A stretch of 63,402 nucleotides of DNA, counting the filler, from Octopus bimaculoides (lineage: Eukaryota): NCBI RefSeq assembly GCF_001194135.2. It is 6 parts of 6 records of this genome, joined end to end, with 100 filler letters (N's around TTAATTAATTAA, not from the genome) between each part and the next. Parts side by side here need not be neighbours in the genome. Positions count along the whole stretch, not along the records: positions 18,607 to 50,295 come from NC_068993.1; 5 more parts are not named here. The stretch is one strand, 5' to 3'. Of the stretch, positions 24,447-36,301 are shown piece by piece; positions within the stretch are counted from its first letter, which is position 1, and each line of letters starts with the position of its first letter. Made by a program: the position numbers and the translations under genes. The notes below the pieces were generated by a model, which was given only the letters and a program-made list of their open reading frames with translations, searched no databases and had not been told where the DNA came from.

Positions 24447-25100
24447 CTGTCCTTGAGTGATTTAGAAATAATAACGTTTCTATTTATTAGATCAGTAACT
24501 GTGTGTCCCTTTGAAAATTATATATTTTCGAACGGGAATTCAGCGGCGCCGTCTAGCTGAGCAGCTACTTTGTGTTGATAAAGTGCAATAACTAAGAAAT
24601 CGGTCGACAGGTGTTGCTTTGTGCTGGATGGAGGTGCTGAGCTTTCCACTTCGAAAATACAAGGAAACAGGTATTGTGTCGTATAGCTATCTGGAAACGA
24701 CGTTCCCTGGGGCTAAAGAACAGTAACATTCGACTCATCCCGGACAGCAACATTATTTTATCAAATTGTCTTTACTTTAAAGTACTGGTACTGAATATCT
24801 TTCTTTGAGAGATTTCAAAAATAATACTGTTTCTAAATATTAGATCATTGTATGTGTATCCTGTTGAAAATTTTATACTTTCGAACGGGAATTCAAAAGT
24901 ACCTTCTAGCCGAGCAGCTACTTTATGCTGATAAAGGGCAAGAACCCAAGAATCGGTCTACAAATGTTGCTTTGTGCTGGATGGGAGTGCTAAGCTCTCC
25001 TGTTTGAAAATATAAGGACACAGATATTTTGTCGTATAGCGAGGTGGAAACGCCGTTTCCTGTGATTAAACAACAGCAACATTCGTCCCATCAATGACTG
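24447..25100 (+). repeat. Tandem pair of 353-nt units, each with a decayed hammerhead; homologous to the 32.2 kb element
   Basis: TTCGAACGGGAATTCA, GAGCAGCTACTTT, ATCGGTC, TGTTGCTTTGTGCTGGATGG and GTCGTATAGC each occur twice, about 353 nt apart. Cores are TTGATAA (24575) and CTGATAA (24928). Confidence 0.85.
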
Positions 25101-25122
25101 CCGCATTATGCTGGCAAATAGT

Positions 25123-25163
<41 letters not shown>

Positions 25164-25927
25164 GAATGTGTGTTCAAATACATACACACGCACATGCACA
25201 CACATAAACGCACACACACATAAGCGCACACACACATATACATGCTTGTGGGCGGGTGTATTTATAAGTATATTTATACGTACTTGCAAAATCGTTTACA
25301 AAACAATAATAGATCGAAGTGCACATTTACTCACTGTCGTGCATGCGCAGCGCTGAGATTTAGAAATGTAATGCATCTGTATACAATAGGTTGATGCATA
25401 TGGTCTCTTATGTAAATAATGTTCATCAGAATATATTTGCAAACAGAATATTAGCTGAAAGAACGCAAGATGTCTTGTGTTTGTTTTGTTAGTATATTAA
25501 CTTATAACAAAATCTTTATTTCCATAAAACGTCGATGTTTTACAGTTCATATACGTGCGTATACATACAAGGATACAAACATTTATACACATCTATACAT
25601 ATATAAGTGTGTGGGAGTAAATGTAATAAATCCCATCGCGCAGCGTATACAAGGCTATGTTTTCTTAATACGTCAATAACAATTTTAAGACAGATGTAAT
25701 TAGAATATGTGTACGTTTAGTCGTTTAATATTCTGCAAACAACGTAATATAGGAGGACGGTATGCAGATAATATATCTGTACGAAGAGATACACACACAT
25801 AAATTCATGCACATGCGAATGTATGCACGCATGCAGGTTCGTATGTTTACATGCGTGTACACGTGTATGCATGGATGTATATACACATATATACATGTAT
25901 GTATGTTTGTATGTATGAATGTATGTA

Positions 25928-25962
<35 letters not shown>

Positions 25963-25999
25963 ATATCAACCAATCTCTCTCCCCCTCTCTCTCTTTATT

Positions 26000-26051
<52 letters not shown>

Positions 26052-26483
26052 NNNNNNNNNNNNNNNNNNNNNNNNNNNNNNNNNNNNNNNNNNNNNNNNN
26101 NNNNNNNNNNNNNNNNNNNNNNNNNNNNNNNNNNNNNNNNNNNNNNNNNNNNNNNNNNNNNNNNNNNNNNNNNNNNNNNNNNNNNNNNNNNNNNNNNNNN
26201 NNNNNNNNNNNNNNNNNNNNNNNNNNNNNNNNNNNNNNNNNNNNNNNNNNNNNNNNNNNNNNNNNNNNNNNNNNNNNNNNNNNNNNNNNNNNNNNNNNNN
26301 NNNNNNNNNNNNNNNNNNNNNNNNNNNNNNNNNNNNNNNNNNNNNNNNNNNNNNNNNNNNNNNNNNNNNNNNNNNNNNNNNNNNNNNNNNNNNNNNNNNN
26401 NNNNNNNNNNNNNNNNNNNNNNNNNNNNNNNNNNNNNNNNNNNNNNNNNNNNNNNNNNNNNNNNNNNNNNNNNNNNNNNNNNN

Positions 26484-26519
<36 letters not shown>

Positions 26520-28442
26520 TCTTAACGGGTACCGAGATCGCTCTTATCGATTGCGTGTATGCCAATATAGAATTGTATCTCTCTATATATGTGTGTGCGT
26601 GTGTACACACACACACAGACACACACAGACACACACACGCACACACATATATTAAAAAGCCTTCAGAGAAATTACTCAGAGTGGAATGCATATGAATTCA
26701 TAAACAGACAAATGCTGGTATATAGAATACCACAGAGTATGTATTAATGATTTATTAAAATTATCTCCGCCCAACGTGGATGCGTCACGTCAGGAACAAA
26801 GAATTTGTTAAAAAGTTGGCATGCCATTAATGAAAGGGTCAGGTTTTGTCTGGAGATACGAGGACAGTTGTCTACTCATTCTTCTCCCTTAATAAGACTC
26901 ATTACCACAGCAATTGTCTTACCTTATCTCTAAGCAAGCAATGAATATAGATACAGATTGGTATATAGAATGAGTATAGAACACTTTTATAGCGTATGTA
27001 ATTTGTTTAGATTGAACATAAACGATGTGCTAGCGCAGGTTAGGTCTGATTTTACTGAGAATGTCCAATAACTATAAAAAATTAGCAATAAACGAAGCGC
27101 AACCTAGTGCAAAGATAATATGAGTATAATTTTACCAAGAACAGGAACTGAATGTCTAGAATACTGAAGGCCCGCACGAAATTTTTTTTAGATAAAGTTG
27201 GGAATTATTTTCTTTACGTTTATGAATTTATTTCAGAAAACCTTAAAAAAAATTCTCTTATCGGTGGTCATTTGTAATTTTGACATATATTTCCCCAAAT
27301 GAATTTATAATATATTTTCAATTCATTTTTAACTCCCGAATATTCCTAGAAATATGGCACTGTCTTTCCTTTGTGTAACTCCTCTCAAATTAGGGAATAT
27401 TTTCGACTAGTTGTTTAAAATATTACATGCAACGATTTCATTTTAATATCCGTTGCAGGATTCTATGGAAACATCAAAGAATTGATTTTATTTTTCTGTT
27501 TCCAGTATATTTCGATAATCCGTATAATTATTATCGGAACGTTTAAGTTTTCGATAAGACTTAATTATGAAGGGCGAAACACTATAATGCGAAAGTACGT
27601 GAAATGCATGTGTTGTACTAAACTGACGATTACCGATGAACTACATAGCTATACCGAGATAGAAATGGAATAATTTGTTGTTAATATAGTAAACTTAAAA
27701 GAATATTCTTGGTAATAATACTGAACACTGCTATGTTAGAATCGATACATCTGTCTAATTTACGTAGTCAATTTAACGTTTGAGATACTAAGTGAACTTT
27801 CGTTACCTTAAAGAGTAATTTATTGAGTTGTTGTTATTAAATATTGGAATCTGTTGAGCTTATGGTAGCGAAATGTATTTGGCATACGTGTTTATGATGT
27901 TATATGCGTTGGTAAACATTCGTCTTTGAAAAATATGACTAAGGTTAATGTATCATAATCGGTGACTGTGCTTCTGTCAACATAAAAACATATTGTGTCA
28001 TCTCGATTAATTTTCTCGTCATGTAAAATTCTTCATTAAAATATCTTTTGCAAAGTGATACGTACTTTCTTTTCCACAATTCGAAAATATTTGCTTCGAA
28101 TGGTTCGAGATCGTAGACTCTAGAGGTTCATTTCTTTGTTCGTAATCCCAAATTGTTTTCTGGGTGAGATTTATTTTCTCTAACTGTATACATGCTATTT
28201 CAATTTTCTTCAAAACTTCAATCATCTAAAAATTGTGTAACCACCCATCGATAAAGTACTTTTTAGATCGAACGGAGCTATATTTGGTTGAAAAACGCAA
28301 AGAACACGCGTACATATTTAGCTGTTTATTTATCGTCACTTGTACACGATGAGCAATAGATAGTTTTAAACATATTAGTGTAAATAGGTGGAAGAAAAAG
28401 AATAATGTATAATGAATGTAGAGTGATAGACAAACCAAATCA

Positions 28443-28748
28443 TGCACTCGATCGGTTACAACGACAAAATCTCAGTTGATCCGATCCACGGAACAGGCTG
28501 CTCGTGAAACTGGTTGAACACACCTCAGACACATGTAGCCTTAATGTACTTCTCAGAGATATTCAGTGTAACACAAAGTGGGACAAGGCTGGCCCTTTTC
28601 AAATACAGGAACTACTCATTTTTGCCAGCGGAGTGGAGTAACATGAAATAAAGTAACTTGCTCAAGGACACACTACGTCGCCAGGAATCGAACTCCCGAC
28701 CTTATATTCGTGAGCCGTAAAACCTAACCACTAAGCCACACGCCTTCA
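28443..28748 (-). mobile_element. tRNA-derived SINE family C, near full length
   Basis: Reverse strand starts GTGAAGGCGTGTGGCTTAGTGGTTAGG (A box)...GAGTTCGATTCC (B box)...GTGTCCTTGAGCAAG (CORE-like motif). Confidence 0.8.
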
Positions 28749-29454
28749 CGTAGAGTGATATATTTTATTTAGCCGTAAAAAGAAACTTTACAAAGAGTTA
28801 CATCGGAGCATTAGGAAGAATAAAACATAGAGTATTGCATAATCGAAACATATAGCAAGACTTGATTATTATAGCAAAAGATAGCGTGTAATAACTGAAT
28901 GTTTCGGGGAAAAATATACACTGGGGAAAATATAAACTGTTAGAGTAGTTAAATAAATTACACAAGCATAGAATTGTGTGTAAAATGATATGTATACCAT
29001 AGCGATACTATAGTCTTATAAACATTGAGAGAGATCCTTGAACTCGTTGTTGTGTTCAGTTGATTGTCTCGCTTGAGCAACGTTTATTACGTAAATTTGA
29101 ACAAAAAAAAACTAGGTGATACATATGAGCCAAAGTGACCTAATAATACATAAATATCTGTGTGTGTATTTGAAGTGTGTGTGTGTGCATGTGCTTATGC
29201 GCGCGCGCATGTGTTGCAGTCTCCGTTAAAAGAAAATTCCGCTAATAGGATATTGTCCAGCCGGAAACAAGGGGAAGAGATATTTGCTTACATTTCTATC
29301 AGAAGGATCGAACATGAAACTGTGAGATGGTGAAAACAACTCGTTAACTACAAAAGCTTTTGACATTAAATTGTAAGAAACAAAAGAGTAAAAAAGAAAA
29401 AAAGAAATAACAGAGCGAGTAAACTAAAATATGAAGTAAGAAATACACAAAATC

Positions 29455-29497
<43 letters not shown>

Positions 29498-30132
29498 NNN
29501 NNNNNNNNNNNNNNNNNNNNNNNNNNNNNNNNNNNNNNNNNNNNNNNNNNNNNNNNNNNNNNNNNNNNNNNNNNNNNNNNNNNNNNNNNNNNNNNNNNNN
29601 NNNNNNNNNNNNNNNNNNNNNNNNNNNNNNNNNNNNNNNNNNNNNNNNNNNNNNNNNNNNNNNNNNNNNNNNNNNNNNNNNNNNNNNNNNNNNNNNNNNN
29701 NNNNNNNNNNNNNNNNNNNNNNNNNNNNNNNNNNNNNNNNNNNNNNNNNNNNNNNNNNNNNNNNNNNNNNNNNNNNNNNNNNNNNNNNNNNNNNNNNNNN
29801 NNNNNNNNNNNNNNNNNNNNNNNNNNNNNNNNNNNNNNNNNNNNNNNNNNNNNNNNNNNNNNNNNNNNNNNNNNNNNNNNNNNNNNNNNNNNNNNNNNNN
29901 NNNNNNNNNNNNNNNNNNNNNNNNNNNNNNNNNNNNNNNNNNNNNNNNNNNNNNNNNNNNNNNNNNNNNNNNNNNNNNNNNNNNNNNNNNNNNNNNNNNN
30001 NNNNNNNNNNNNNNNNNNNNNNNNNNNNNNNNNNNNNNNNNNNNNNNNNNNNNNNNNNNNNNNNNNNNNNNNNNNNNNNNNNNNNNNNNNNNNNNNNNNN
30101 NNNNNNNNNNNNNNNNNNNNNNNNNNNNNNNN

Positions 30133-30165
<33 letters not shown>

Positions 30166-31283
30166 TATATTCATACACAGCAACAAAGAGTGAGAGAGAG
30201 AAGGACAGAGATAGGGGTAGATAGAGTGAGAGAGAATGAAACAGATAGAAAGGGAGTTCAGAGTAAAGGGATAGAGGAACGCATTGATGAAATAGATAAA
30301 ATTGTCACTGACCTGTAAGCGATATATTGATAAAGCAGTTGATATATTCCTGTGTTCTATGAAAAATATTAATGCTGCATACATTGTATTGCAGTACTTT
30401 CTCTATAATATTAAATAATTACGAAAGTGTACTTATGTCTGTTGTATTATATGCATTTATATACGCACGGAGAGAGAGAGAAGGGGGAGAAAAAAGGGGG
30501 AGAGAAAAGGGAGGAGAGAAATTAGGAGAGAGAATGATGGAGAGAGAGAGAAAGATATGTACGTGTATACATATATATATATATAAATATATATATATAT
30601 ANNNNNNNNNNNNNNNNNNNNNNNNNNNNNNNNNNNNNNNNNNNNNNNNNNNNNNNNNNNNNNNNNNNNNNNNNNNNNNNNNNNNNNNNNNNNNNNNNNN
30701 NNNNNNNNNNNNNNNNNNNNNNNNNNNNNNNNNNNNNNNNNNNNNNNNNNNNNNNNNNNNNNNNNNNNNNNNNNNNNNNNNNNNNNNNNNNNNNNNNNNN
30801 NNNNNNNNNNNNNNNNNNNNNNNNNNNNNNNNNNNNNNNNNNNNNNNNNNNNNNNNNNNNNNNNNNNNNNNNNNNNNNNNNNNNNNNNNNNNNNNNNNNN
30901 NNNNNNNNNNNNNNNNNNNNNNNNNNNNNNNNNNNNNNNNNNNNNNNNNNNNNNNNNNNNNNNNNNNNNNNNNNNNNNNNNNNNNNNNNNNNNNNNNNNN
31001 NNNNNNNNNNNNNNNNNNNNNNNNNNNNNNNNNNNNNNNNNNTATATATATATATATATATATATATATGCATGTATGCATTTAGAACTAAATTATTTTT
31101 GTTCATATTCATGTTCACTTTTATTTATATTTATCTCTTCTTATCATCAGAAATATGTAATAATTTCTCTGGAGAGCAGAGCAGACCGGAAAATACACGC
31201 GCTCACACAGACACACGCACTAACTGACAGCCACACACTCACACAAAACACACATGCACATGACTATATATATATATATATAA

Positions 31284-31331
<48 letters not shown>

Positions 31332-31746
31332 TCACTCATATATATACGTATGCCTTTACATAGACACACGCACTCTTACATACAAATATACATATGTATT
31401 CACCAATAAATACATACATTAATACATTAGCACGCACACACAGTTTCATATTGACTTAAGTTTGTGCAGGATCAATACTTCATGCAGCGGTTCGATATAT
31501 AAAGTGAACTGCTTAAACTATTCCTTATCAAATATTATGTTAATCATTTTATCAGTAATATTGAAATAAACTGGATAGGGAATATTGATGCCTGACTTAA
31601 ATCTGGGAACAGAATAGAACTTTCTATTCGAACAATAACAACAACAACAAATACGACGTTCCTTTTGTTGTTATCGATGGTGTTGATGATGATGATAATA
31701 AAAAGAATAGTAATGGCAATAAAAAACAACAACAACAACAGCAACA

Positions 31747-31815
<69 letters not shown>

Positions 31816-32179
31816 TTTCTCTCACTAAGGATTTACAGGAAGTTCAAGGACGGTACAGGACAATACAATACAGTACAATATGGGTTTATATAAACGTGTT
31901 AAAATATGAAAATAACAGAAACACATAATTTAAACGAGATATAATTTCCTAAAATTGGGTAAAATTCCCAACGCTGCACTTGGGAAACCCGCAACACTGT
32001 CGTAATTCTGACCACTGGTGCAACTGCCACTTCTCTATTGTCCCCACTCAAGTTACAGGCGAGGTCGCATTGCAGGCCCTCCCACTCGGATCATTCTTAC
32101 TGCCCACTTCCACCGTTCAACAAATTTACTGGAAGGTAGCACTTGACTCTTCTCTTACACTGTCCTCACTGGTTTTCAG

Positions 32180-32559
32180 AGAGAGACTTAGAAATATTAA
32201 TATCTCTATTTCTGAAAACCGGGTGATGTATTCCACTGAAATTAGATAAATAATCCTTCGTACAGACGGTCAGTAGCGACGCCTGATGGGTTCGGCTGCT
32301 CTACATTGACAAGGGGCAATACCCCGAAACTAGTCTGTAGATGCCAAACCAGCAAGGGGAAGCTGCTGACCTCCCCTGTTCGAAGGTTATAAAGGACACA
32401 GGTTCGTGTGTCACATAGATAGCTATAGGCGGTGGCCTCTTGGAGTTAATCAACGGCAGCATTCGTCCTATTTTTTGGACTGCCATGTTGGCTTGGCGAT
32501 AACTATTAATATCCAGTACCGCTGCCGTAGTCTCCTTTAGAGAGACTTAGAAATATTAA

Positions 32560-32560
<1 letters not shown>
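32180..32560 (+). mobile_element. Retrozyme-like 359-nt unit with 22-nt terminal redundancy, carrying a hammerhead ribozyme
   Basis: AGAGAGACTTAGAAATATTAAT occurs at 32180-32201 and 32539-32560. An internal hammerhead is present, and the unit is colinear with the 24.4-25.1 kb units. No ORF. Confidence 0.75.
32289..32350 (+). ncRNA. Type I hammerhead ribozyme, apparently intact, U3-A8 core variant
   Basis: GGUUCGGC-UGC-UCUACA-UUGACAA-GGGG(CAAUA)CCCC-GAA-ACUAGU-C-UGUAGA-U-GCCAAACC. Stem Ia is 6/6 bp and stem Ib 7/8 bp with an asymmetric internal loop; stem II is 4/4 GC; stem III is palindromic; triplet GUC. Predicted cleavage is after 32335. Confidence 0.9.
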
Positions 32561-32600
<40 letters not shown>

Positions 32601-32717
32601 NNNNNNNNNNNNNNNNNNNNNNNNNNNNNNNNNNNNNNNNNNNNNNNNNNNNNNNNNNNNNNNNNNNNNNNNNNNNNNNNNNNNNNNNNNNNNNNNNTAT
32701 ATATATATACATATGCA

Positions 32718-33423
32718 ACTTTCCATGTGCACATCGCTCAGATGGCAACACTATGCAGGCGGGTGGTAGGTTGGATCCTTAGATCCTTCAGGACCAGGAA
32801 CAGAGACAGAATGCTTCTGCTTTGGTGAACCTTTGTCCTCAGTAGTCTAGACTAATGCTCCCGACTGTGGTCACCGCAGAGCGTAAAACTAATAGCAGAA
32901 CTACAGGCGATCCAAAGCCACTACACAGAGAAGATAGACTCAGTAAAACACGGGCTACTGGATGAAGTTGAAGGCACTTGGACTCTACTCCTTGGAGAGG
33001 ATACGTGAAAGATATGCAGTGTTATACATATGGAAAATAATGGAGGGTCTAGTTCCAAATTTCGGAATCCTCGATCTGGACGGCACTGCACAGAACCAAA
33101 GGTCTCATCGTCTCCATCGAGGATACGAACCTAATATGTAATAGCTTGGGCTTCAAGGGACCACAATCTTTGAATGCCCTACCACAGAACATGAGGAATC
33201 TGCAAGGTGTAGACATGGATGTCTTGAAAAAACATGTAGACAGTTTTTTTATCTGCAATACAGGATGAACCCACATCGCGGCAGAAGGCACAGAGAAGAG
33301 CAGCAAATTTCAACTCGGGACTTCACCAAAAGCAATACTGGAAAAATCCCCGGATGCAGTAAAGGCGGTGCACCCTCATGGCTTCAGCCTCTGGCTGAAA
33401 CTCATAAAAGAATAAAAGAATAC
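32718..33423 (+). mobile_element. CR1-type LINE, 5'-truncated, with 3' tail
   Basis: WILRSFRTRNRDRMLLLW*TFVLSSLD*CSRLWSPQSVKLIAELQAIQ...LKALGLYSLERIRERYAVLYIWKIMEGLVPN...SLGFKGPQSLNALPQNMRNL; the tail ends (AAAGAATA)2. Confidence 0.9.
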
Positions 33424-33492
33424 ATACATACATACACACACACACATATATATGTATATATATATATATATATATAATATATTTATTTATTT

Positions 33493-33570
33493 ATGGAAAA
33501 AAGTCAAGGTAGAAAATGCTAAAATAATTTTCTTTTTTCGGTTTCTTAATCATCAGAACTATGGTTACGT
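33493..33570 (-). other. Relic of the 9.6 kb hammerhead-bearing repeat (canonical CUGAUGA core, stem II lost)
   Basis: Shares GGAAAAA..G(T/C)CAAGGTAGAAAATGCTAAAATA with 9542-9580; the minus strand reads CTGATGA-TTAA-GAAACCG. Confidence 0.45.
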
Positions 33571-35252
33571 TGAGGTTTTACATTTTAGGAATTTTAGTAA
33601 TTTTCGCTTTTTATCTGGATGCTATTCTGAAGAATCTACTTTACGGTTATTCCTATTCACTTCTCCATATTCTAATCATTATTCTTGCAAATCCTTTGAA
33701 TTTTCTTGTTAATTATCTCAGAAACTATTCTCCATCTTTTTGTAAGTTATCATTAATCACTTTCGTAATATTTTTATTCATGCATAACGTATTTAGTAAT
33801 TCTTTTTCTAGTATAGGTCTTCTTTTTCCTAATACTCTAGCATATTTTTTGTAAGATTTTCCTGCCATTTCCATCAGATCAATCGACCAAGCATAGGCTC
33901 CATATTGACTGAATATGGCAAGGTGAATTATTATTAATGCATGGTACAGGTTATAAATATTTCAGTGATTCCTGTGGACTTTATAAAACACATAACGGTT
34001 ACATTTTGAATATGTTATTGGGTATTGTAATGACGTATGTTCTCCGAACTCTTTGGTCATTTTATGTGTATAATACATTTTCTGTAATGAGGAGGATTAT
34101 CTTTTTGTATGTTATGATATTAATTATTAATCTGTTCAACACCATATTACTTGGCGTCATATATATGCGTAAATCTTTTGTTTTCAGGCTAACGTGCTAT
34201 CAGACATATCTTTAGAAAGCAATTTCATTTTCTGTCACAAGCACAAAGTCTTGTTTTTCGATTATCTCATTTTTAATTGTACAAGTGCAATGTCTGATGA
34301 AGTTAATAATACAGGTACATAGCGGGCGTTATCGCCCCTAATTGCTGAAATTGTTAAAATATCATTACTAATACATTGGAATTGACATAATTTCCTCACT
34401 ACACGAATAATTTCCAGATAACGTTTTATATGTCTACTACATTATAAATGCGAATACTAACATAACTGGTATATAGTGTTATTAGTTAAAGACAAGCTGG
34501 TATTTAACTGAATTGTTACAACCATCACTGTGCTTAGACTATTTCAAAATGAATGTCTCTTGAAATCATTAATTTAATCCCTTCTCTCCATTGCTAAGAT
34601 GGATGAGTTTGAAGGAGATATGTATTGCTATTTCTAGTAGATTGAGTAACTTCGTAGATTTTCCGTGACACACACATACACTCAGATACATGTAGACACA
34701 GACACGCACACATACACATACAAAGACATCCACGCACATACACAAATACACATATACATACACACATAAATTATAATACAGAATTTTTTAATCTAAAGCA
34801 CTACAATTGTTTCTACGCTTTATCATATGCTGTTAATTGCTGATTGTTTTACCTATACATATTATTATATAAATATGCATTATATGCGAAATTCTCAAAA
34901 TTAACGGCGGCTGCTAATGTACCCAATATAGTATCGGGATTTTGATTTAAACCTATTCAGTATATATTCATGCATTATAATTGTTTTATATATATTCTGC
35001 TTACACTAACGATTTCTCAGATTAAGTAAAAGGAGAATTCCGTTGGAGCATAACATCTGATATCCGATACCCGTAGAGGAGATTTGTAAAGCACTTTATA
35101 AAGTTATTACCCAGACGATTATATATACTTATCATCAGTAGATCATACATCCGATAAAGAAGTACACTCTGACAGTGAGAGCAGTAAAGACTCTCTCAAA
35201 CTCAAGACATGAAAGCTATAGTCCCTGCTTACATTCTAAACACTGCTTGCCG

Positions 35253-35314
<62 letters not shown>

Positions 35315-35786
35315 CACACACACACACATACAGGCGTCCCGTTTCAAATTTATGTGAATAATTTTTTTTACTATGGTAATTTAAACTAAAAAAAGAATAT
35401 TTTGTAATGCTCATGGAGTTAAATTAGCTCTTTCATACGTAGAGTAATTATTAAATGTGAGTACTTGACAACTGGGGTACCTCTTAGAACGCCCGAACAA
35501 GCTGAATTTTTAGAATACGGTTTTGACCAATTCGCATGCAAATTAAACATCACGATTTGCCAGGTGCACCGATACTTTGTAATTGGTTTATATTCATATG
35601 TTAGAGATATTTTTTAATCGACATCTTCAACTGGTTTGTTTTATTATTGTTATATCCGTTCAGAACAGGTTAGAACATTTTAATAAACCGTTTTGCTTTT
35701 ATCTTTCTTCCAACCTCACTTGTGTTATGTAGTTTGTAGAAAGGAAAAAACTAGTATGCGAGATTAAGTGTATACAAAGAGTGAGT

Positions 35787-35877
<91 letters not shown>

Positions 35878-36257
35878 AGAAATATATATATAGATAGAAA
35901 TATAGAATTTGTCCCATTAGAAATAATATACATCATGTTATATACGTTAAATCTAAAAAAAACATAGGTAAACGTCAAATCTGTCAATATCAGAATCCCC
36001 AGCATTATCGTAATCACTAGCATCGCCATTCTGGAAGTAATAAAACTTCACTCAACATTGCCGGCCACCCCACCATACGTCTATTACCGATAGTATCAAC
36101 AACGAAAAAAAATATTTGAAGGGAAGTAGTTTATGGGGAAAATACTAATTGGAATAGTACATGTACCGTTGAGTATGTATGCGAAAAGATGTGTGTGTTT
36201 AACATTTGGTACATGTGTATGCGTTAATCTTTGTGAGCAGGTGTATTTGTATATATA

Positions 36258-36301
<44 letters not shown>

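Noticed and set aside
24447-25100. CRISPR-like or simple segmental duplication reading of the tandem repeat
   Set aside because: The units are 353 nt with no unique spacers, and dispersed homologues point to a mobile repeat family.
28690-28748. tRNA gene calls for the A/B-box heads here and at 40951, 53019 and 62700-62777
   Set aside because: No complete cloverleaf, and each continues into a shared SINE body.
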